A stretch of 55,693 nucleotides of DNA from a virus (Duplodnaviria; Caudoviricetes). The notes beneath the pieces are model-generated. The model was not told where the DNA came from and did not search any database. It saw only the letters and a list, made by a program, of their open reading frames with translations. The first letter of the stretch is position 1, and each line of letters starts with the position of its first letter. Shown piece after piece: positions 27,501 to 36,600 of the stretch. Both the position numbers and the translations under genes were made by a program. The stretch covers positions 1 through 55,693 of IMG/VR virus record IMGVR_UViG_3300020371_000012; one strand, written 5' to 3'.

Positions 27501-29034
27501 ATCCTCTTCTTCTCCAATTAATTATGTAAGAGCTGCTGGAGAATATGCTAAAATTGTCAAGGGTGTATCAGTTGGTAATACCTTTACCGATTGGCAAGAA
27601 ATTAAGTTGATTGAACAACGACAAGTTCCTGCAATTCAGTCTTCACTAGACTTTGATTCTGAATATACTGGAACGTTCAATAAAATTATCTTTGAACCAA
27701 CTAGAGATGCTTGGGTAACAGTCGGAACTGGTGGATCTATCTTCACTGGTGTTGGTATTGGAACTACGACGATGTATAGTCGTTATTCTAGAGTTTTGGA
27801 TGATCTCAATTCTATTACATATGGATTGGGTCAATTTATTGCTGCTGGAAATGGCGGAGCTCTTATTTCTTCTAATGAAGGATTGATTTGGACTCCACTT
27901 TCTAGTAATACTCCAAAGAATATTACTGATATTATATTTGATGGAAATAAATTTGTCTTTGTTGGTGATGGTGGTCTTATTGGAATTTCTTCTGATAAAA
28001 ACTTCTGGATGATCTATACGGATCCAAATGCTACAAGTCCTGCAACGTTTGACTTTGCTAGAATTAGATATCAAGATGGATTCTATGTTGGTATTGATAC
28101 CTCTGGAACACTTCACTACTCTTTTGATCTTGCTAACTGGACTGAAAGAGAAATCGATCACTCTCAAACTCTATCCGATTTAATTAGAACTGATTATGGT
28201 GAGAATGGAAGAACTATTGCAGTCGGATCTGGATCAACAGCATTCTATGCAGATCCAATTGTGAACAGAGCTACTGCAAAAACATCTGTTTCTAACGGAA
28301 TTGTTACCAGCATCACTGTTGAGAATGGTGGATTTGGATATGATGTTGGGTCAAGTCCACCAGTTATTATTGAAACTGATTCCTCAGTAAGTGAAGAGTT
28401 ACTTTCCGTTGATGCAGTTGGCGATTTTGGTGTTATCGTTGGCGTAAATACCAATATACTTGGAATTGGATTTAGTGTTCCACCAACAATAGAATTTGTT
28501 CTTAAATCCGAGTTCTATGACAACACTAACCTTGGATATGGTTATTCTTCGTTAAATACATTAGGCGTATCTTATTCCGAACTATCTAAGGGAGATTATT
28601 TCGTCATTTATGATAGTCCTCTTATCACTGGTCATGCATTGACTGGTATTACGACTTCTATTGGTGGATATTTGAATTTCCCAGCTAATAAGATTGCAGA
28701 AATTCCTGCAGGGCAACCCTTACAAGGAAGATTCTTTGTTGAGAAGGTAACACCTGTTGATGTTGTTTCTGGATTAGTTACTGTAACTTGCGCTTTCCAA
28801 CCTAAACCATTCTCTTCTCTTGAGATTGAGGTTGGTCTTGATCCAAATGGACCATACTTATTGGATAATCAGTTTGATTATAAACCATATTATGGAAAAT
28901 ATACTTGGGGTAAAATTAGAAATTACCAAAATAGAGCTGGAGGAAGTCCAAAACAATTCTTCGTCAATCCAGATAATGGAGCGACTGGATTGTCAACTGC
29001 TGCGGTAGTTACCAGAATTCAACCTCTATCTTAA
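21556..29034 (+). CDS. Giant virion structural protein (2492 aa), possibly the C-terminal part of a split gp7
   Basis: ~87-aa FTC..D...H.YPR.TDP repeats, GGDYPHTF repeats, a propeller-like C-terminal region, and YGKYTWGKI near the end; lies immediately upstream of gp8. Confidence 0.75.
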   Translation: MPRTTPGSGAILRPVFNSSYGVERIEVIEGGNNYSKADPPKIVIEGTQNPVVEGIFYPVITGVGTIRDVIIFNTGAGYYPVFSTTTASEVVVERGSFGSISTTHGLGVSSVFVGDYNIVEDNIYFVDAPYGKRGPVGLETGSTFNGRLFSRKFDPFEPQDKNLVLDDISLEFTGIAGTNFRVTENLGVVTSLYNSVNQGVEINNNPFILINNIVQTPNLDFTFTDSSDNQLNFLSGVPRAGRIDKVGIQTGGGYYIPLEAAAVAGVNSSGSVDYIEIRGGGQGYRNPPEVTIRATDGTGATATAVLGTKVNTPVAISTASFDMFSGIGTFTTSSPHDFYDGDRVVITGAGFTFTALSAVRNINEFGYDYITGIATLSVYGGHYIGTGSNQSRHLLIRGVQVTDGISTFTLREDSYPIVSVGNSREAKVNIGIGTTGLQYVSAGTVQAGVDTNILEARNVIGFDVIDTPTDDTFEVFLGITTFPHNYVSGGVVQRDQTGIVTAINLTSGGTGYFPAKKVVYSDNTQENGITTFTAHGAQVGVVTNVGSVEYDPVVGLMTVRFSSPHGLTDDNAVKLEGLKFDTINGPITFPRGLKKVFGFTVPNNVDIVIDAKEEMYDLTRNVGVYTGENLTGTITRYEGHGLETDDFIVVTGVGQTTSSSVDLRLADVEYDNVSGFATITTRRNHNFSKNDFVIVSGIAFTCDYSPSIGITTAEYDNISGIMTITTAAPHGYTEGGKAGTVVLSGLGFTCDIDNGASIHYYPRHRDEAYQKSISIASTTNTTITLDVGKSPRNESYPHTFASATTGAVVSGGDYPHTFVGSGSSAIILGGDYNYNFVSADPQGITIGGEYDHTFVSSGSTALWRGGGYPHTFVSAGATAVISGGDYTYTFKPDTNNGGAIAKYTWAGPFLTPIDASYIPATGVLTLEFNQPHFLTTNDTIGIATGSLTFTCDMDGNATEHDYPRRRDPVHNRSDIPVASVVNATTITVNVGATPIVYQQPTNAVYDPDIGELIITVPNHGHVKGETLKLTENSFTFTCAQDNHQTQHTYPRATDPAGGGYASTTSRVAITTHTDDTFTIPVGASPLQYFAATDAQYNATTGILTVTSPSHGYVNGDFARFTDSSLVFTCSLDNYATEHAYPRPTDPASGVALTISNVTTNTFEVNVGTSTNSYIQAVTASYYPKTGIFEVGTGNTAHGLSTTTGNLKIPDGSFTFTCDMDNNQTQHSYPRSTDPASTKALAIVGYTTNTFQVNVGTSTHIFRPATEAYYTASTGILTVTCPNHGMRVGRSIRFTNDTLSFTCGMDDHSTVHTYPRSTDPYSDTRVAISATTVDTFTVNVGPTTSYFWDVSGANYVPDTGIIELTVGAGHTLYAGKPIRIQPESLIFTCTKDGNATEHRYPQKGDPYWISAGIASVLNSTNVRINVGPSTTPSYYVGGGTIQGSIVAPREQNNSDSGMDFSFSGAFVEKVGGATTFTVQVGPSTTPHNYNRGGTVSSAQRFADSLDDAYDGLYVGEKLTGATWRSRSGIVTEKNFYAAPGRVHKPVRVEIAQPDPYFNRDLIYADGSSGIGTNAVVDFRVNADKEIQEYSITEEGVGFKVNDILTVAGIVTDPRVGVHTEFTLKVLELTNDKFSGFYPGQFIVFDDISQYFNGIRTKFTLSVTTGGETEILSLKTLPGSDMDISNNIFIYINDILQVPGESYIFKGSRIIFSEAPKSGSKCSVFYFRGSKRDVETINPPLTVKAGDTVTIQENKLNLFDLDQFPRQAKRIVASDILETFAYKSVGIDTDPTAERPLTWEKQRRDKVLSGSLISKARPSLKSRTTPNTRLIADVNETDREIYVENAFPIFSDVDLVTQSERNVLILDDRTIETGIGSAVVGSSSSVSNIIVVDGGAGYALTSPSITISESKINRKDPISAWSFDDIITGFAPNLYDWKELDYGDQVIAVGTSSRYINTKSGLFWERGSVGFGGTITMNTVAIGKSSSSPINYVRAAGEYAKIVKGVSVGNTFTDWQEIKLIEQRQVPAIQSSLDFDSEYTGTFNKIIFEPTRDAWVTVGTGGSIFTGVGIGTTTMYSRYSRVLDDLNSITYGLGQFIAAGNGGALISSNEGLIWTPLSSNTPKNITDIIFDGNKFVFVGDGGLIGISSDKNFWMIYTDPNATSPATFDFARIRYQDGFYVGIDTSGTLHYSFDLANWTEREIDHSQTLSDLIRTDYGENGRTIAVGSGSTAFYADPIVNRATAKTSVSNGIVTSITVENGGFGYDVGSSPPVIIETDSSVSEELLSVDAVGDFGVIVGVNTNILGIGFSVPPTIEFVLKSEFYDNTNLGYGYSSLNTLGVSYSELSKGDYFVIYDSPLITGHALTGITTSIGGYLNFPANKIAEIPAGQPLQGRFFVEKVTPVDVVSGLVTVTCAFQPKPFSSLEIEVGLDPNGPYLLDNQFDYKPYYGKYTWGKIRNYQNRAGGSPKQFFVNPDNGATGLSTAAVVTRIQPLS
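23780..25800 (+). repeat. Intragenic tandem domain repeats (7 x FTCxxD...HxYP[RQ]; ~5 x GG[DEG]YxHTF-type)
   Basis: Seen in the translation; period ~260 nt from 24397 to 25708. Confidence 0.85.
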
Positions 29035-29036
29035 CC

Positions 29037-29044
29037 ACTAAATA
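29037..29044 (+). promoter_or_regulatory. Late promoter variant
   Basis: ACTAAATA upstream of gp8. Confidence 0.6.
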
Positions 29045-29076
29045 CTAAAAGAAAAAAACGTCTCGTTTTCATCAAA

Positions 29077-30672
29077 ATGCCTGCAATTATATCGGAACAG
29101 TTTAGAATTCTAAACGCCGAAACCTTTGTAAAGAGTTTCGTTGGCGTTGGGTCTACAGTTAACAAATATTATGCCTTCATTGGACTGCCTAATGCTTTTG
29201 AAACAGAAGCTGGTGGAACATCCGATTGGTCTACCAATACTCCAGCTCCCCTAGATGGATTCCTTGAGGAAAATCAAATCAAGGAATCTATCATTGCAAT
29301 GAAAAAAATTACGGACAAGGATGTTCGTAGATTAGTTCGTAAAGTCGAATGGGTTGCTGGTACAACTTATGAGATGTATAGGCATGACTATACCATTTAC
29401 AACACGACTCCAATTACAAAACAAGGCAATTTGTATGAAGCAAATTACTATGTTGTAAATGAGGATTTGAAGGTTTATGTTTGCCTTCAAAATGGATCTG
29501 ACCCAGAAAACCCAAGTGGTAGACCTTCTTACGACCAACCAACTTTCATTGACTTAGAAGCTAGAGCTGCAGGCACTTCTGGTGATGGTTATGTTTGGAA
29601 GTACCTCTATACTATCAAACCATCAGAGATCGTAAAATTTGACTCTATCGAATATATTCCAGTTCCAGAAAACTGGGGAATGGAAGGTGAGTCCGTATCA
29701 ACTAGAAATAATGCTATTGATGGAAAAATTGAAATCGTTGTTATTGATTCCAGAGGATCTAATTATCAACCCATTTCAACTTCATTTTCCAATGTTCCCA
29801 TCTTGGGAGATGGTATTGGTGGAAAAGCAACAGTAACCATCGATTCTTTTGGTAAAGTATCAGAAATCTTTGTTACTGATGGTGGATCTGGATATACACA
29901 TGGATCTATCCAATTTTTCCCAGGAGCTCCTGGAAGTGAAGCTGGTGGACCTTTAGAAAACCTTACTAATACTGGTATTGGTACTACTGCACTTGGCAAT
30001 TTTAGTGTAATTATCCCACCAAAAGGTGGACATGGATATGATGTTTATAGAGAATTAGGTGCATATAGAGCGCTTCTATATTCTAGATTTGAGACTATTG
30101 AAACCAACCCAGATATTATTGAAGGTAATGATTTTGCTAGAGTTGGAGTTATTAAAAATCCAACAATCTTTGGTAGTAACACCGAATTACTAGAGACCTC
30201 TCAGGTTAGTGGACTAAAAGCAATTAAGATGGCTGGAGTTACTACTGGAACAACATATGCAGTTGACTCCGAGATTACTCAAACAGTGGGTCTTGGATCT
30301 ACTGCTATTGGATATGTTGCATCTTGGGATAATATTAGTGGAGTATTAAAGTATTACCAACCAATGGGTCTTGCTTCTAGTGAAACTGGATATAAGATTA
30401 TTCCATTTACATCCACACCTGATCCTGGATATGGATTAACAATCAGTGGAGAAACCGTTACTGGACCTCTACTATCGGTAAATACTGATTTTAACGGTGT
30501 AAGTACCTCAATAAATAATAGGACATACCAACTTGGTCTTAACTTCGTTGCTGGTATTGCATCTGCTGAATACAACACTAAGTCTGGCGAAATTATCTAC
30601 ATTGATAACAGAGCCCCTATTCCTAGATCTGCAAGTCAGAAAGAAGACATCAAGATTGTTCTGGAGTTCTAA
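29077..30672 (+). CDS. gp8: Baseplate wedge subunit, T4 gp8-like
   Basis: MPAIISEQFRILNA, W.AGTTYEMYRHDY, YYVVNEDLKVYVCLQNG, DGYVWKYLYTI, SGEIIYIDNR..I.RS..QKEDIKIVLEF. Confidence 0.92.
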   Translation: MPAIISEQFRILNAETFVKSFVGVGSTVNKYYAFIGLPNAFETEAGGTSDWSTNTPAPLDGFLEENQIKESIIAMKKITDKDVRRLVRKVEWVAGTTYEMYRHDYTIYNTTPITKQGNLYEANYYVVNEDLKVYVCLQNGSDPENPSGRPSYDQPTFIDLEARAAGTSGDGYVWKYLYTIKPSEIVKFDSIEYIPVPENWGMEGESVSTRNNAIDGKIEIVVIDSRGSNYQPISTSFSNVPILGDGIGGKATVTIDSFGKVSEIFVTDGGSGYTHGSIQFFPGAPGSEAGGPLENLTNTGIGTTALGNFSVIIPPKGGHGYDVYRELGAYRALLYSRFETIETNPDIIEGNDFARVGVIKNPTIFGSNTELLETSQVSGLKAIKMAGVTTGTTYAVDSEITQTVGLGSTAIGYVASWDNISGVLKYYQPMGLASSETGYKIIPFTSTPDPGYGLTISGETVTGPLLSVNTDFNGVSTSINNRTYQLGLNFVAGIASAEYNTKSGEIIYIDNRAPIPRSASQKEDIKIVLEF

Positions 30673-30678
30673 AGAAAA

Positions 30679-33600
30679 ATGCCACAGAATACCAACTTAA
30701 ATTCATCTCCATATTTTGATGACTTTAGTGAGTCAAATAATTATCAAAGGGTTTTATTTAAACCTGGACTTCCAATTCAATCTAGAGAACTAACTACTCT
30801 GCAATCTATTCTGCAGAATCAGATTGAAAAGTTTGGTAAGCATATGTTCAAGGAGGGGTCGGTAGTTATCCCTGGACAAGTTGCTTACGATAATGAGTAC
30901 ACTTCTGTTCAAATTGATGAGTCTCATTTGGGACTTCCAGTTTCCTTGTACCTGGATTTTCTGAAAGGTAAGAGAATTAAGGGTGAAACTAGTGGTGTTA
31001 AGGCAAAAATTGAAGAATGTCTTACAAATTCACAGTCTGAAAAAGGCAATTATACTCTTTATATCAAGTATGAAGGTGCTAGTGAAAATGATTTCTCTGG
31101 AACCACTTTTACAGATGGTGAAAATTTAATTGCAGAAGAAGATATCAATTATTCATTGTCCAGTATTAGAGCTGGATCTACTTTTGCTACGGCAATTATT
31201 TCAAATGCAACTGCTGTAGGATCCGCTGCAAAACTTGCCAATGGTGTGTATTTTATTCGTGGATTTTTCGTAGATGTACCAGATTCTACGGTTATTCTTG
31301 ATCAATATGACGACGAACCAAGTTATAGAGTAGGATTAAACATTTCAGAAGAACTTGTAACTGCTTCTGAAGAATATAATGATCTTTATGATAATGCTAG
31401 AGGATTTTCTAACTTTGCAGCTCCTGGTGCAGATAGATTAAAAATTTCAACCACTCTCATCAAGAAATCTCTTACAGACTTTAATGATGAGAATTTCATT
31501 GAACTTATTAGGATTGAAAATGGAGAAATTAGAAAGTTTAGCAATCCATCTCCATCAAATCTTGTCAATGATGAGTTGGCAAGAAGAACTTATGATGAAT
31601 CTGGTGATTACTATGTCACACCATTCTCAGTAGATGTTAAAGAGACCCTGAATGATAGAATTGGTAATGATGGATCATATTATTCTAATCAAACAACCCA
31701 ACAGGGAAATATTCCTAGCGACGATTTAATTTCCGTTTCTATTGGACCAGGAAAAGCATATGTTCGTGGATATGAAATAGAAACTCTGGCTACAAGTACT
31801 TTAGATATTTCAAAACCAAGAACAACTGGTAAAGTTGAAAACGAATCTCTACCCTTTACGGTTGGTAGACTTATTGAAGTCGATAATGTTTACGGATCTC
31901 CAGCTGTTGGAGTAGGCACTGCAGGGCTTCTTAATCTTTACAAGTCAAGAACAGTAACCCCAGGAACACCGAGTGGTCTCCATATTGGTGTTGCTAGACT
32001 CTATGATTTTAGATTGAGAGATGGAGCATATCAAAATGAAGGAACTACTTTTAGAGCATCGTTATTTGACGTTCAAACATTTTCATATCTAACGTTAAAC
32101 GCCAAGTCATCAATTAATGTTCCTGGATTTGTAGAAGGTCAAAATAGTGGTGCAACTGGTTATGTATATTCCGCTTCAGATGATGAAACACAACTTATTT
32201 TATATCAGGTTAATGGAGAATTCCAAAAATTAGAAGAAATTCTTCTAAATGGACAATCTATCAATAGATCCATTATTGATATTGATGATTATGGTATTCA
32301 GGATGTTCGTCAAATTGTTGCTGCTGGTGGTGTAGCTTTCACTGCAGATACAAAACTGACAAATAAAATTAAGTTTGCAGAACCTGGAAGTGAATATACT
32401 ATTTCTGGAGAATCTGCAGGGGTATCTACGATTACCTCACCCAATGCTAACTTTAGTGCAGTATCTGGTATCTCTACAGGAGATGTTATTGCTTATAGTA
32501 AAGTGGCAACTTCTACACCATCATATGCAACTGTAAAAGCTATTGGAACTAATGCCAGAAGTGTTATTGTAGAAGCAACTACTACTGTAAATAATGTGAA
32601 TGTTGGTACTCTTCCAACTTCTGAAATTACTGCAAGTGATGTAAACAAAGTTACATTAGAGGTTCTGAATAGTGGAAATAACTCCATGTATGCAGAAATT
32701 ACAGAACCAAATGTTGCTTCTGTAGACCTCAATGGTTCCGAAATTATTTTTAAGAAAACATATTATATTACTGTATCTGCTGGTGCATATAGTGCTACGT
32801 TGGAGTCTGAAGCTGCTTTAACTCTAGAACCGTTCGATTCTGAAGATTATAATGTAACGTTTGATTCAACTGGAACAGTAGAATCTCTAACGGATCAGAA
32901 GTTGACAGTTTCTGGTAGAACCATTACTCTTTCGCAGTTAAGTGAAAATGGTGCTGCTACCCTTACAGTAACTTGGAAGAAGAGAAATCCAAAAGCAAAA
33001 AATAAAATATATCGCAAAGCACAAACAGTTACAATTAATAGATCCAATACTAATATTTCTGGGGTTGGAAATACTAGTGCAAATGATGGACTAACATATT
33101 CCACCATTTATGGAACTAGAGTTCAGGATAAGAAAATTTCTTTGGGAATCTCTGATGTTGCTAGAGTCCAGGCTATCTTTGAGTCTTCCTCTGCAAACAA
33201 TCCTCAACTTCCAAAGATTATTTTAGTGGACTTGAACGCATCTGTCACAAATGCTCTTAAGGGAGAAAGTATTGTTGGTGAAACTTCTGGTGCATCAGCG
33301 ATTTTTGTGGAGACTAATGGGACAAATGAAGCGTCGTTTATTTACGAAAACGAGAATGTATTCCAGCCTGGAGAATCTGTAGTTTTCCAAGAATCTAATA
33401 TTACTGCTAATGTTCAGTCTTTTGTTGCTGGGGACAGAGACATTAAGGCTAACTTTGAATTTGATCCTGGACAAAATGAAGATTATCTAGATTTTTCTGC
33501 AATCGTCAGAAAAAATTCTGCCAATGCTCCAACAAAGAGACTAACAGTTGTGTTTGATCACTTTGTTATTGAAAATTCCGATCCTGGAGATCTTGTTTCT

Positions 33601-36600
33601 GTCAATTCTTACGATCCAACTTTATATGGAAACACTCTTCCATATGTTGGAGATATTGGAGTTTCTGACATTATTGACCTGAGGCCAAGAACAGTTTCTA
33701 TTGCATCTACATTATCGCCTTTTGAATATAAGTCTAGAGAGTTTGATCCTCTTACCTCTTCTACTACGCACGTATTTTCTAGTGGAAAAACTTTGAATCT
33801 TAGTTATGAGTATTATCAAGGAAGAATTGATAAAATTTTCTTGACAAAAGATGGAGTTTTCAATGTAAGCACAGGTGTTCCATCTGATGATCCACAATCC
33901 CCAAATCAGATTGATAATGCTTTGGAGATTGCTACTCTTGATATGGCTCCATATCTATACAATATTGAGGATATTGATATTCAGGTTGCTAAACATAAAC
34001 GATATCAAATGAAAGATATCGCTGAATTAGAAACTAGACTTACTAATGTTGAATATTACACAAGTTTGTCTCTTCTTGAGACTGAAACTTCCAGTTTAAC
34101 GATCAAAGATCCCACTACAAATTTAGATAAGTTTAAGTCTGGATTCTTTGTCGATAACTTCAGATCAAAGACTGGCGGTGGTGATATTGATAATAGTCAA
34201 TATAGATGCAGTATTGATACTGCTGAAGGAGAAGCTAGACCAGAACATTATACGACATCTATCGACTTACTGTTGGGATCTGAGTCTATTATTGGTGCTG
34301 CAACTTCTGCTTCTCCAGCTGCAGACTATCAATTTGTTGAAGATCTTGGCGATAATAATGTCGTTAAGAAAGGTGATGTCGTAACTTTAAAATACGAAGA
34401 TAAAAGATGGCTCGATAATAAGTTTGCTACTAGAAGTGAAAATGTAAATCCATTCCATGTTGTAAACTGGATTGGTGTTTTGGAACTAAATCCTGCAACA
34501 GATACTTGGATTGACAGTAGAAAAATTCCTAGCAGAACCGTTACCATGGAAGGCAGTTATGATGCCATCCAAGGAATGGTTGGTGGAACTGATAGTAACA
34601 CTGGATTATCTCCTGTTCAGTGGGGAGCTTGGGAGACAACGTGGACTGGCAAACAAAGGATTAAAGGTCCAGTTGTACTGAGGAAGAAAAAGAGAGTCAA
34701 GGGCTCTATGAGGAAAAGGAGAAGAAGAGGGTCCTTTGTACGTGGTAGAGGTATTCCCATCACTACTACCAAGAGATGGAAACAGAAGATTACTAAGATT
34801 AGGGAAGTAACCACAATCAAAACGGGGATGAGGACCAGGGAAGGTATTCAATACAAGGTCCAAGAAGCATTCGATTCCAAGAGTCTGGGTGAAAGAGTAG
34901 TATCTAGTGATGTTGCTGCTGTAATGAGATCCAGAAATATTGAATTTGTTTGTAAGAGACTTAAGCCCAATACGAGACTCTATGCATTCTTTGACAATAT
35001 CGACATGAATGCATTTATTGTTCCAAAACTAATCGAAATTGAAATGATTAGTGGAACATTTGCTGTTGGTGAAACTGTACTTGGAAATGGAACCAACTCT
35101 ACTAATAAGAGTATCAAATTCCGACTTGCACAACAAAATCATAAGTATGGTAAATATAATTCTCCATCACAAACATATAAACAGAATCCATATAGTACTT
35201 CTAATACTCTTTCATCATCCTATTCTTCAACCACAACTGTATTGAATGTAGATACAGCATCTTTGCAACTCCAGTCTGCATCTGGATTCTTTGGATGTCT
35301 TGCTAAGGATATGAAATTGATTGGTCAATCTAGTGGTGCTACTGCAAAGGTTAAGGATATTAGGATTGTTACTGATAGAGCTGGTGTTGTAATTGGATCT
35401 TTGTTTATTCCAGATCCAACTCAAAAATCTGCACAGGTATTCAATACTGGTAGCAAAACATTTACTTTAACTTCTAGTGCAACCAACCAAACAATTTCTG
35501 GATTTACAGATAGTTCTGCGGAGACTACATTTACTTCTTCTGGAACAATCAACAACATGCAGGAGACTACTCTTAGAATTCGCAATGCTACGGTTGAAAG
35601 AGTTCCAACATCACAATCTAGACGGGTTACGAGAAGAAGTAAGAGACTAGTTGCTAAAGTCAAATTTAGAAATAGAAAGAAAGTTCAAACAAGATGGGTT
35701 GACCCTCTTGCACAATCTTTTGAAGTTCCTGATGAAAATGGTGTATATCTAACCAAATGTGAGATTTTCTTTAGAACAAAGGATACTTCAGACCTACCAG
35801 TAACACTTCAAGTTAGAGAACTTGAATTGGGTCTACCAACTCAGACAATCTTACCATTCGGTGAGGTAGTTCTGGATCCAGATGATGTTGTTACTTCTGA
35901 TGATGGTAGTAAAGCAACAACATTTACTTTTGAGTCTCCCGTATATTGCCAAGGTGCTAGCCAGTTTGCTTTGGTTCTTCTTTCTGCATCCAATGAATAT
36001 ACCGTATTCATCTCTAGAATGGGTGAGGAAGATATCTCTACAGCCAATAGTCCAGATTCCGAAAAGATTATTGTTTCTCAACAACCACTTCTTGGATCAC
36101 TATTCAAGTCACAGAATGGTGCCACATGGGATCCAAGTCAGTTTGAAGATCTTAAATTTAATCTGTATCGAGCTAAGTTCACAACTGAGAGTGGTACGGT
36201 TAAGTTCTATAATCCAGATCTAGATATCGGAAACAAACAGATCGTGACTTTGAGTAATAACCCACTCAACATGATTTCCAAGAATACTATTATTGGTCTT
36301 GGTAAGAGTTTAACTTCCAATGAAGTCTCTGGTCTAATTTCTGGCACAACCATTGGTCAAGAAAATAATCCAAATTTCTCTGCAAAACTAATTAGAGTTC
36401 TTGGTGCTGTTGGTATTAATTCGGATCTCACATTAACAAATGCAGGAAGTGATTTTGCAAGTGGAACACCAACTTACACTGATGTTCCTTTAGTTAGTTT
36501 GACTGGTAGAGGATCTGGAGCTAAGGCAACTATTGTTGTTGGGTCTGGTGCAGTAACTTCCGCTACTGTATCTGCTGGTGGTACTGGTTATTCTGCTGGT

